A stretch of DNA of 64,000 nt, from positions 1,302,001 through 1,366,000 of the forward strand of contig CM102283.1 of assembly GCA_046563655.1 (NCBI GenBank). The letters run 5' to 3'. Made by a program: the position numbers and the translations under genes. Source of the DNA: Yuukianura sp. NJ FZ-2021 (Eukaryota). Within the stretch, counting starts at the first letter, position 1, and each line of letters starts with the position of its first letter. Positions 52,779-64,000 of the stretch are shown piece after piece. The notes beneath the pieces were generated by a model. The model searched no databases, was not told the origin of the DNA, and was given only the letters and a program-made list of their open reading frames with translations.

Positions 52779-54052
52779 CAGTGAGCGCCAGCTAAAACCA
52801 TACACTCCTATTTTGTTTCCGTAGAAACGAGTTGAAAATTAGGTAAACATGGCGGGAAAAATAACTCAAAATATGAAACTTCAGTTAAACTCTTATGATG
52901 AAATTTTTGTAAATCGCCTAATTTCACTGGTTTTCCCTCCACAGTTACGAAATTAAACAATTTCGGGTGTATGGTTTTAGCTGGCGCTCACTGTATATAT
53001 ATATATATATATATATGTACAAACTGCGCAACTGCGCACAAACCGCAACTGCGCACAAACTGCGCAACAGCGCACAACCTGCGCAACAGCGCACAACCTG
53101 CGCAACAGCGCACAACCTGCGCAACAGCGCACAAACTGCGCAATAGCGCACAAACTGACCGTTTACCAGAAATCTTACGGTACTGGGGGAGGCGCCTACT
53201 ACCAATCCTCCAATGGTGATTTTTTCCCTTATTTAGAGAATCCACTGTATCTAGTTTTTTCAAAAATTTTAGGAGGTTGAGGTCAGCAGGACGAGCGAAG
53301 GAAGTGAGAGTGACGCAACAACGTCAGATTCGGAAGATGCTAAGAAATCGAGTGATTCCGAATCCGAAACCGAAAAAAACTTGACTCTCGGTTCAATTCC
53401 GGCGCCTGTCCAGACCGAAATTGTTAGTCCCAGACCAGGTATTTGAATCTTTATAATGACAAACTCACAAACTCTCCCGAGTGACCTTAAGTCCTCTTGC
53501 ATGTCTTCCAGAAACATCTCTTGATGGCATGTACCCTCTGGCATCCGCCGTTACGAAATTTCTCTGCGATGTTCTATGGCTCCCAGAACAGCGCCCTAAA
53601 AATGCTTCCGTCAGCGCCGTGATGTCCGTTAGCGGAAAATCGCTGGAGCGCTATCTCTCAGAGTCGTTGGACATTCTTCTGTCGGAAGATGCGTTTGTGG
53701 GGTACATGGAAATTATGACTGGGGCACTACGCGACTGGTCAACTCCAACTGCAGCCAATCAGGAGCCTCCTGCGCTCACTGTCGACGATTTGAAACTTTG
53801 TCTCAAGCAACGGCTTCCGAGTACGGTTATTTTTGAAAAACTAAAAAAAAGGTTTTTTTAAAAGTTAGCGGGAATTTTTGAAGCTTACACTGTGTATTTC
53901 CAGCATGGGTGCGATGGGTATGGGGCCGCAACCGTTTGGAGCTGACAATCGAGCGATTGGCTGAATTCTTCCAAATTCCCGCCCTCAACCATGACTTTCT
54001 ACTCTCCGTTAGTGAGCTCATTTTTAGTAAACTACGTACGAAGAAATTGTAA
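49751..54052 (+). CDS. PXA-PX sorting nexin (SNX19/13/14/25 family; SNX19-like, no RGS domain seen)
   Basis: Two N-terminal TMs, PXA (ILEGYVYPWYHQISEE..F..EV), PX (TTVKRSLNEFLLLQTQLE..LLQRYLQQL), Nexin_C-like end (FFQIPALNHDFL). Confidence 0.8.
52779..52993. mobile_element. Tc1/mariner-type MITE, 215 bp, embedded in a (TA)n tract, intronic
   Basis: Perfect 27-bp TIR CAGTGAGCGCCAGCTAAAACCATACAC / GTGTATGGTTTTAGCTGGCGCTCACTG, TA runs on both sides. Confidence 0.92.
53019..53157. repeat. 19-bp minisatellite (acaacctgcgcaacagcgc) x~7, intronic
   Basis: Direct tandem copies. Confidence 0.9.
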
Positions 54053-54684
54053 TGGAGATACGTACGGATACAACGGTTTACTTGTGAAATCGTTGTATAC
54101 TTTGACGCACGGTGTAACGGTTAGCGATAAATTTAAACTGGAGTCGGCATCTGTTTCATAATCTTGAGACTGACGAGGGAATAACGACAGAGATGTCGAC
54201 AGAAAGCAGGGTGGTTAGAAATAACAGGAAACACGACATTAGACGAAAACGTTGTATTTAATTAGAATTAGTTGAGTAGTTACAGTAGTAATGGAAATTA
54301 TATTTAAATATTTTATTTTAACATATTTTATTTTTAGTAGCTTACATACCTCCGTCTACAATAAAACCGTGACCTATGTGTAGCATGTAACAAACTTAAA
54401 TAACACAAATAGTAATTCATTCTAATTTTTAATTATTTCCTTTAATTATAATAGTTTAAGGTACTATCAGTTTAGCTGCTCGCGTAAAGAGGCTGAGGCG
54501 CTAAGCCCATGTACTATTTGTGGAGTTTTCATTTTCAAAATTTTTGTTCCAAAATTGCGCGAATCTGATTCTGAGTCCTCTGAGTCCAAACTGGAAGTTC
54601 AATCTGTTATTCAATTCAAAATAAACAGTTCGATTTAAGTCGCTAATTTAACGTTAAATTGGCGACATTTTAGATGTGTAAAAA

Positions 54685-55586
54685 ATGCAAGCGAACAAGC
54701 TAAGGTCTGTCTACAAAGCGATTTTGAAGTTGCACCGGTCATTGCCTGCGGAGTTGAGAGGTGAGTCACAGTCAGGTTTTTGTGTAAATGTGATTCTTAG
54801 CTTCCCGTTTTTAACGAGTAGAAAATGTTCTTAACGTTCATCACTCCAAATATTAATTGGCTTTAATCGTTCAAGTTTAATTAGCTTGTGCTTTTAATCT
54901 TCCAGAGCTTGGAGACGGATACGTTAAGGACGAATTCCGACGGCATGTGAAGGGGGCGACAGAAAACCAAGCCAAAATATTCATGACAGAATGGACGGTA
55001 ACGAACTCTAAAAAAATTATTATGCCTACAGCCCCCTGCAAATGGCGCCCATAGCAACCAACGCAATTTTTTGTTTGTGACGTCACCAGCTGAAAAATAC
55101 CGTAATCGTAAAATCGTAAAATTGGAACCCGCTGGCATTTATGTAAACAAGATGTGTCTTACGGGTTTCTATAGGACACCACCAATAATTGGCAGAATTC
55201 CGGTATTTTCAGCCGGTGACGTCATTTTTTTTTCCACATGGCAACCAAACAAATTTTCCATTCGCACTACCTAGTAGTATTCTATTTACCTTGTTATGCC
55301 TATGTATGATTCTGCTGGTTAGGATTTTAACGTTGCTCTATTGGTTTGACTGGAACAGGATTATTTCAACACTTTGGCTAAACAATTGAACGTGAAGGAT
55401 AGAATAGCAGCGTCTACGGAAAGGGTGACTAATGTTAGTGATTTGGGCAAAGCCATTCCTCTTGAGAAACTGGAAGATTTTCAAGCCGAGCAAATCTATC
55501 AACTGTACGATCTTAAGTTGGCAGCGACGTCACAAACACAGTCAGAATCCAAGAATGATCATCCTTCTTCAACTACAAAGCTTTGA
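54685..55586 (+). CDS. SDHAF3: Succinate dehydrogenase assembly factor 3 (ACN9/LYR family), 3 exons
   Basis: MQANKLRSVYKAILKLHRSLPAELR|ELGDGYVKDEFRRHVK..FMTEWT|DYFNTL..LG..LEDFQAEQIYQLYDL. Confidence 0.92.
55078..55225. repeat. Intronic inverted repeat (24-25-bp arms), MITE-like
   Basis: tgacgtcaccagctgaaaaataccg ... cggtattttcagccggtgacgtca. Confidence 0.7.
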
Positions 55587-56089
55587 CGATTAGTTCACCT
55601 AGCGTAACATATAAAGTCAATTTACTATTAGTAGTTTAGCTTAAGTTCAAGTTCAGCATATTTTGAAGTTAGCACCAGCACCAGCAGGATCTGAACCATC
55701 TCAATAACGCTTTCATCGACATTGGGTGTCACTCAGCACTTTTACTTTCGTATTAAACGATGCGATTTAAATGATGTTGAATTAAGGAGAAGCATATCTC
55801 TTTGTGTTAGAAGGTTTTTGACACATCTTTACTTGTTTACTTGGATGGCCTTGAATGGTTGGTGCACTGTCTTTAATCCCTATCTTTTTTTGTGACATGG
55901 CTTATATGGTAGTGGTACAGCTAATCTTCCCGCAAACAAGAATCAACTAACCACTTCAAGTTCAAGATAAACCTCATATGTGTCTATTGTCAGAGACTGA
56001 AAGTTTAGTACAACGAGTACTTACGCCTAAGTTAAATAATTAAACTGAAGGCTAATTTGAAAATCACCCCTTTCTTAGCATCATCCATC

Positions 56090-57560
56090 ATGGACTTCAT
56101 TCAGTTTAACAATGGGAAGTTAATGCCAATCCTCGGACTAGGTTGTGGATTGTTACAGGTCAGTGATTTACTTCACTAAATTTTAATTTTTAAAACATCT
56201 TAAATTGTGTCTTTTCAGACAACAGACGAAAACGATCTGACTGCAATACTCGACAAAGCACTGGAACTGGGCTACCGACATTTTGACACGGCTTATATGT
56301 ACGAAAATGAGCATATCCTGGGCAGAGTTTTCAAGAAGTGGATTGATTCTGGGAAAATCACGAGGCAAGATCTCTTCATAACGTCAAAGGTCAGCATAAC
56401 GTCAACAACAGTAAACAATTTATAGTTATATTAGCTGACTTAAATCGAAGATTCCATTTCTATTTTTGTAGCTTCCTTGCAATGGGAATCGACCGGAACA
56501 CGTACGCCACTTCCTTGAGCAGTCCCTAGCTGACCTTCAAATGGACTACGTTGACCTTTACCTCATCCATAATCCAATTGCCTATCAATGGGTCAGTGAC
56601 AGAGCCTATATACCCAAAGGACCGGATGGATTCGGACTTCTGGACATGAGTTCGGATTTGCACGCCCTCTGGAGCGCAATGGAGAAACAAGTGGAAGATG
56701 GTCTGACGAAATCCATCGGACTTTCAAATGTTTCGGCATCTCAAGTGCGCAGAATCTGTGAGTTCCCTTCTACACGTATCCTTCCAGCCAATGTCCAAGT
56801 GGAGTTCCAACTTTACTTTCAACAAAAGGAACTGCACGCAGTTTGCAAGGAATTTAACATCTCAATCTGTGCATACGGACCACGTAAGTTAAAGTCCACA
56901 AGTCTATCTTAACTGGAAGTTCAACTTAACGGGTTAAACAACGTCATCTACATGTATTATTTAGTCGGAAGTCTTCGGCGGGAGACGACGCCGCTATTTA
57001 TAAACAGGTAGTTTTTTGCAACTTGAATTTTGAATTCAAAAAGTTTTTTTTTAAATCGTTTGACATGAAATGTTTGCTTGTTTACAGATTCAGATCTCCG
57101 AATGTACTCCAGGATTCAACTGTAATTGAACTGGCAAAAACGTATACAAAGACTCCAGCACAAATCCTTTTGCGCCACTTGATTCAGCTCGAAGTGGCTC
57201 CACTTGTCACAACAAGAACTTTGGACCGTTTAGTGGAAAATTTTCAGGTTTTGTTTTTCGTTTTTGCAAGAATTTCAGTTTTCGAAACTTCCGACTTTTT
57301 TTTTATATTTTCGGTTTTTTTTCTAGGTTTTTGATTTTGAGCTGGAAAAGGGTGAGATGGAAACATTGAACAACCTTGACAAGGGTGAAGCCGGAAGAAG
57401 TTTTAGATCAAGCATTCATCCGCCAGGGTAAGAAACGTCATTTTCAAGGAAATGGTTAAAACAAAATTTAAAAATTACTTTGTTGTTTTAAAGTGCTGAA
57501 AAACATCATGAATTCCCATTTCCTCCGAAGCCGATTGAAACAGAAGCCGTTGCACCCTAA
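56090..57560 (+). CDS. Aldo-keto reductase family 1-like, multi-exon
   Basis: MPILGLG, GYRHFDTAYMYENE, DLFITSKL, DYVDLYLIH, KSIGLSN, PANVQVE; D-Y-K-H catalytic tetrad present. Confidence 0.93.
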
Positions 57561-58754
57561 AATTTTCAATTCGTGCTATTCCAGTTCAAGAATTTGCAAA
57601 CGTTGTCACTCTTAGTTTGTAGAGAATGTAGAAATTTCGTATTTTGAAATAATATTTTCCTGATAAAAAAGTTAGGTCATACTCTTTGACCTATAAAGTT
57701 GCCTAAGTTGCACTGATTTTGTGTATCTGTAACACACATGTTGTAAATTTTAAATTGACAGTCAGCGTCACGAATTACTGTAGTCACACTTTGGGGAATT
57801 TGGAAGGATATTCTCTACTTTATCTCAACCTAAATTCTAAAACTACTTAAATTTCGAACATAGTTGACAAATTTTGAGTGTCAATCCGTAAATCCCCAAA
57901 TAGATTTGGATTTAAAATTGATTGAATTTGATGTATCGTGTGCCTCGTGGAGGCAGATGGAAATTTCCGTAATTGAAGATAAAAACACTTATGCAAATCG
58001 CTCAAACAAATCGCTGCTGCTACAAACCATTTTTAAACATCATGTATCTTGCATCTGAATTGAAAAAATTCCTAAGTTCAAAAACTGAAGTGTGAGAAGA
58101 TTCGAAATTTTGAAATCCTGGAACTCACAATGGATTTGAGAATTCCCCCAAGCGTTAAAGACCTTGTCCCACTTTTGAGAACCAGGAAGCTTTTATTTTT
58201 GTCCAGAACGTGAACGGCCACACGCAACGGAGATATGACCTAACGAGGTCACTAACTATAATGACACGAGTTTTGAAAAGATGACACACTTTTGCGTACA
58301 TCCCAACCACTTTCTTACAATTCTTGTTACAATCTGCGTCATGAAGGATCAAATTCCCAAAATAAAGCTAAGCCAAGAGCTGGTCAGTGCTGGAGCGGTT
58401 AGGTTTTGATCCTCTTTAGATACCCCAGTCGTACGATGTCATCAGAGGTCAAGGGTCACGAGTGATTGAGCTTATGAAGAAGATCAAAATGACACGCTAC
58501 GCCATAGACTTGTTTCAAGTTGAAACTAGAAGAGGCTTTAAATAGCACCCAGTCCTGGCCCACGGCAATCAGAATTAAATCCTACCCCGATCCAACCACC
58601 AAATTGCACAGCAGAACAATAGAAAGTTCTGAAAAGTACGTTACAGGTCGTAATCCTACTGGATTTTCTATTTACACAGAAAAAAGTTCTAAGTGGTTGC
58701 TGGAAACTTGTTAAACTTCAAGCTTTCTGTTTTTGATTTTTGAATACGAACAAC

Positions 58755-60239
58755 ATGAGTCCCACTCCAACGCTGACGGAATCGCGTCCTCACCAGTCTG
58801 GTGAAAGCGACAGGAAAGAGGAGGTCAAGCGGGTCAAGGGAGACGGTGACACTTTGGACGACCTCATAAGGAATCTCCATGAAGTATTTTCTGGTGACAG
58901 TGTCAATGTGGAGCAAGTCGAAAAGTTGATGAGTTCCTATCAGAGCAAGCCATCTGAATGGAGAAAGTTCGCCAAGTTTGATCAGTACAGGTGAGCTTTC
59001 TTTGTATTCAAAATTTTGAATTCCTAAATTTTTTTGGAAAATTCTTAAAAAATTCCTTAACTCTCCGAACTTCTTTGGGAAGTCCGAAAATCTTCAAAAT
59101 GTCATAATTGTTGTTAAAAAAAATAAATTCAGGAATCCCCCCCCCCCCCCCCCAAAAAACATGGTAAATTCTCGAAAAAATGGGAATTCTTGAAAAGCGT
59201 AAAATATTTTTTTACGAAAAGATGGCGAATTCCGAAGAAGTTCCTGAAAAGCTAGGAACTCCTTGAGCAACAAGGGATTTCATGATAAGCCTGAGAATTC
59301 GTGAAAAAGTTGAGAATTAACAAGAAAATTGGAAGCTCGGGAATTCCCGCTAAGAATTCCCGAAAAACTTCGTAGTGCGTGTAAATGTTCGGGGAGTTCC
59401 TAAAACTTCCATAATTCTTTAAATCTTTACATTCCCACAAAAAAATTCCCCAAACATTTGGATAGATTTTTTAACATTTTTCAGAAAAAGGGGAAATTCC
59501 TATTTTTAAATAGAAATAAGTTTTCTTTCTTTTAGGCACGCGTCTTTGAAATACGCAGTAGAATAGAGGTTGTTTGCACAAGTTTTCGCAAGATGTTTAC
59601 GAAGTTTTGTTTTTGCTCGTGCGTAGATATACACGGAATCTTGTTGACGAAGGGAATGGGAAGTTCAATCTGATGATTCTGTGTTGGGGAGAAGGTCATG
59701 GGTCAGCAGTGCATGACCACGCAGATGCCCACTGCTTCATGAAGATGCTCCAGGGAAATCTAAGTGAGGTTCGCTTCGAATGGCCAGCAGAGGGCGAGCC
59801 AGAGGATTCCCTCAACGAAATTTCAAGGACGACGCTTCAGGAAAATGACGTTTGCTATATTAACGGTAAAAAATTGAAAAAAAATACTTTTTTTTAGAAA
59901 AGATTGCCTTTAAATTTTGAAAATTCGAAAATTTCAGATTCACTTGGACTTCATCGTGTTGAAAATCCGAGTCATACGACGGGAGCAGTGAGTCTCCATC
60001 TCTACTGTCCACCATTCAATTCCTGCTCAATGTTTGACCAACGTACTGGCCATAGAACCAAATGCCAGGTCACCTTCTGGTCAAAATATGGTCAACGTAC
60101 ACAATACGTAAGATTTCAAAATTTCAGAAAACGAACTTCAATAAAGTTTCAAAGAATGTTGGGAACATGGATTTCAAAATTTCGTTTTGATCTTGTTACA
60201 CAGGGAGTGGACAAGGTTGCGGAACCAGAGAACAACTAA
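58755..60239 (+). CDS. CDO1: Cysteine dioxygenase type 1
   Basis: [69 protein letters not shown]; 3-His iron site and Cys/Tyr cross-link residues present. Confidence 0.96.
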
Positions 60240-60797
60240 AGGTCATCGTCAAGTACCAATTGAAGGTGATTTCCTAATTAAAATGACAGTGACATGCGCA
60301 GATGACCTTTTGACTTTCTAACTTTATTATCAACTACATTTTAGCATATGTTAAGTTAAACACTTAAAACTAATGTGACGGTTAAACTAAACTACAGTTA
60401 ACCATTTCTAGCAAATTCTATTTAAATTTAACACGAATTAAAGTTAAATAAAGATAACTGAACAAAAGTTGTGCAACTCAATGGAAAATCTTCAACCTGG
60501 CAACTGCAGTTGCATAAATCCTTGGATTTCCTCAGATTTGTTTTAGAACTGTGAATTTTGAACGGTAGTTTTGCAATGAGCTTTTAGGTTAGGTTGATTA
60601 GGTTACCCTAAGGCAACAGTATTTGAAGTTTTTGATTAAGGAAATGTGCGATGGAATTAAGTAGGCTCATCCTTCCAATTGCGCAAGCAATTCTAAACTT
60701 AATTCTGCGTCATGCTATCCTCTTTTTGCGAAATTTGAAGCCGCCAAGTCCAGTTTTGCGATGAAGTTCAGGCTTAACGACGGAGGATGGGCGCATA

Positions 60798-61440
60798 GGT
60801 CACTTGAAAGTCAAAACTTAATACTTAATGCACTTACATGATTTAAGTTCATCAAATGACGTTGTCGTGTGTCAAAAATTCTCACGTCATAAAATCTATC
60901 ACGGCTGGACATAATACGTGTATTAGCTGGTTTTTGTTTATGTACTACAATAAAAAATGTGCTTGGAAATACAAATCACAAATTATTTGCGAAATGAACG
61001 CCATAATTGACAGAAATGCTTGACGTCAATAAGTTGACGACTGATGGATGGAAATAAGGAATCAAAAGTGGTGTTATTCGTCGTGCTTCATCTTAAAATT
61101 TGCAAATTTTGAATCTTTATGTTCGAAAAGTTTCAAAAGAGTTCCATTTTCCAAATCGATGTATTAAAATATTCACTCCTCCATTTCTGAAATTCTTCTG
61201 TTGTTTCAATCGAGTAAAATTGGGATAAAGCCGTCAGGAGGAAATGCTTTTAATAATTTGCATATTTTTTGCGCGAGATTTTAGATTCGGGTAATTATTT
61301 TAGTTAACTTCTGAAGGTTAATTAAACCTTCCCAGACGCTTATCATGTAGCTAACATAGAAATAGGTACTAAACAAAAAATTAAAAGCATAGAAATGGAA
61401 TTTATTCTACGCTTTTCCTTTCTAAACCTGATTGTCTGAT
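60798..61440 (+). repeat. Upstream flank of the 61683 receptor, duplicated at ~63230-63915
   Basis: Collinear blocks (ggtcactt.aa.gt.a.aacttaat, acatgattt.agttcatc, ttttccaaatcgatgtattaaaa, catgtagctaacat) in both places. Confidence 0.85.
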
Positions 61441-61682
61441 GTTCAAAACGATCCACAATTTTCTGAATAACAAGAAAATTTTCCACCGTTTGTCCACAAG
61501 CACTTCTACCTAAATTAAGTTTTTCCAAAACCTATCACAACATGCTGTTCCGGCTCCTACAATTTGAGTTTTCAAAAACAAAACAATTAAGACGAAAAGG
61601 TTAGGTTATTTCTGAAGTTTTGACTTTTTGACACGACTTGAGTTTGAACAGTTTTGCAACAATTTGGTTAAACAGAACCAGA

Positions 61683-63053
61683 ATGAATTCAGAGAAAGTA
61701 ACCCGCTTTGTCATTAGCCTGTTCATGGCTTACGGCTGCACGTTGCAAATTTTTCCATATCGCTGGAACGCCGCAAAATTTCAACTCTACAAAGCATCTC
61801 GGCTGCAGAACTGGGCGTTCAATTTCCATTCTGCTTGCATGTTTTTCTACTTTTCATTTATTACGTTTCGGCTAATTTCAACAATTGGTGACAAAATGCC
61901 GATCCTCGTTCGGCTCATTATGATTGTCTGGGTTGTCGCTTATGGCCTTACGAGCTCCTCAACGATCCAATTCTACAAACGTCGAGAGGAAATCATGTTT
62001 TTTGCAAATGCATTGTTCACAGCCAAGGTTAAAGGTCAACAAAGCTTAAGCCAAAATGTGGCTGCGGATGGTAAAACCTGAAAAATTAAAAACATTTTGT
62101 TTCAAACTTTCATATTTCGAAAAAACAACAAGTATTTCTAGAGTGTTAAGAATGAGATGTTTACAGTGGGGGCTTCACCATCTTGGATGGAACCATTATG
62201 GAGCTCGGCGTTAATTTGCGTGAGTTCACTGATGTTGTACACAAGTGGTCCTGCGCATGCAATCGTTCTATTCACTGGACCGTGCAATCCAACATACATC
62301 AGTTCAGTGATTCTCAATTGCTCGTCATATTTTGACAAGCCGCTGTCGACGCTGGAAGCAACTCCATACGTTTTTTACGAATATTACATAATTGGATTTG
62401 TATTGGCCGTTTGGAGCTTCAATTGGACTTTCCTCTTCATGGGCTGGTGCTGGATCATACGCATTATGGAACGCACGCTTTCGCAACTCCTTTTGTATCA
62501 GTCTCAAAAAATGAAGAAATTTTTAAAAAATTTAGTATTTTGGTATTTGTTCTTATAAATTCTACGTATACATAGGAATCAAAGCAGAATGTTCTTGGTG
62601 GCAGCGGAATTGGAGTACAGACACTGTCAAGTTCTGTCGGTACTTTTGAATGACGGTTTTCGATTTTTCATACGGATGTTTCCATCTGTTTTGTTCACAA
62701 TGGCTGGATTGATGCTGTTTGCTACAGTTCGCTACGCCTCGGTGCTACCGTTCCATCTATACGTTGTTTTCCCTTCGTGTGGTCTGCGATGTCTGTACGA
62801 AGCGACAACAGCACTGGCTGCAGCGGGCATGATGCATCAGCAGAGTGTCGCGTATTTGGCGACATTTGGAAAACAAATTCAGCATAGCAACGGAGGGTTT
62901 GAGCGGAAATGTCACAGGGCGTTTCACAAGTCGTGTCGACCATTGCTCTGCAAGGCAGGATCCATGTACACTTTTGAAAATTCAATTGTGTTGGTCTGTC
63001 TGTTCAACTGTACGCAGTTGACATTCAACATGTTGGTGACCTATAAAAAATAG
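61683..63053 (+). CDS. Divergent gustatory/odorant-receptor-like chemoreceptor, 3 exons
   Basis: MNSEKVTRF..FPYRWN; multi-TM; C-terminal KSCRPLLCKAGSMYTFE..TQLTFNMLVTY. Confidence 0.75.
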
Positions 63054-63229
63054 GACAAAGGTTATCCATCGCCTAAGTCAAAGGTCAAGTTGACCCCGTA
63101 GTCATAAGTCTACCTTGAATTTTCAAAAAAAAATGAAATCCTGAAAAAACAAGAAAAAAATAATTAGTGATTGTATAACTTGTGTATAAATAAAAGTATC
63201 AAAAATCCAAAACAGTTCTTACATTTGAC

Positions 63230-63915
63230 GGTCACTTAAAGGTAACAACTTAATGAATTTACATGATTTGAGTTCATCATATTATACGTGCTCTTGTGTG
63301 TCTAAAATTCCTACGTCATAGGATCTGTCACGGCATGACATAGTACGTGTAATAAGTTGTTAACCAATTATTACATAAATTTATGTTCATGTACAGCAAA
63401 CGATGTGCTTTAAAATACAAAACAAAAATTATTTGCAAAATGAATAACACCATAGTTGACGAACGGAGCGCGTAACGTCAATGAGTTGAACATCGGATAG
63501 AGAGGTATCAAAAGTGATGTTGTTGACGTGCTTCATGTTAAAATTTACAAATTTTGATTTTTTTTGTTCGTAAGTTTCAAAAAAAAAGTTTCATTTTCCA
63601 AATCGATGTATTAAAAAAGAATTCATCACTCAATTTCGAAAATTCCAAAACTTTTTTTTTTCTTTTAAGATATAAATGTTTTAATTTGACCAAACTTGGA
63701 TTAAAAAGGAGGAGAAAGGGTGTCTAATACTTTCATAATTATTGTGAAAAATATTCGATTTGGACAATTATTTTTAATTAACCTTTCAACGTTAATTGAC
63801 CTTTCCACACCCTTGCCATGTAGCTAACATTGAACTTGACGTCAAACAAAAATTTACTAACATAAAAACATAATTTATTTTACGCTTCTACTTTCAGAAC
63901 CTGATTCTGCCATGC
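63230..63915 (+). repeat. Second copy of the 60798-61440 flank
   Basis: Same collinear blocks in the same orientation, about 2.45 kb downstream. Confidence 0.85.
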
Positions 63916-64000
63916 TGAAAAAACACAATTTTGTGATTGAAAGCTTGTTCTCAACCACTTAAATTACATTTTCTAAATTAAATTTTTCGAGAAATTGTCT

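Noticed and set aside
52945-53263. Cys/Ala-rich ORFs and a CRISPR-like look of the repeat
   Set aside because: Products of a 19-bp head-to-tail minisatellite and TA tract in an intron; no unique spacers, no cas genes, eukaryotic context.

Overview
AT-rich, intron-containing eukaryotic DNA. The gene content and short introns suggest a hexapod, probably a springtail-like animal (inference). There is one 100-N scaffold gap. About 21 gene models are supportable: an ER-retained carboxylesterase; nine divergent gustatory/7TM chemoreceptor-like loci (two look pseudogenic, one is split by a transposon); PAQR3; a small unknown membrane protein; a WS/DGAT-type acyltransferase; a divergent ionotropic receptor; a Thr-rich type II membrane mucin; a Spitz/Keren-like EGFR ligand; a divergent TGF-beta/BMP ligand; two tandem TTLL4-like ligases; a PXA-PX sorting nexin; SDHAF3; an aldo-keto reductase; and cysteine dioxygenase. 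Several MITE-like elements are also present. Three observations stand out. (1) Both TTLL4-like tubulin-glutamylase paralogues start with homologous signal-peptide-like leaders in place of the long TTLL4 N-terminus and carry an altered specificity loop, so they are candidate secretory-pathway amino-acid ligases. (2) A 957-bp Harbinger-like element sits in codon 8 of a chemoreceptor, and its asymmetric TIRs supply GT and AG sites that would restore the frame (introner-like). (3) Perfect AGGTCAnTGACCT (IR1/EcRE-type) palindromes are strongly over-represented, including inside coding exons. Exon boundaries were read by eye and are approximate.
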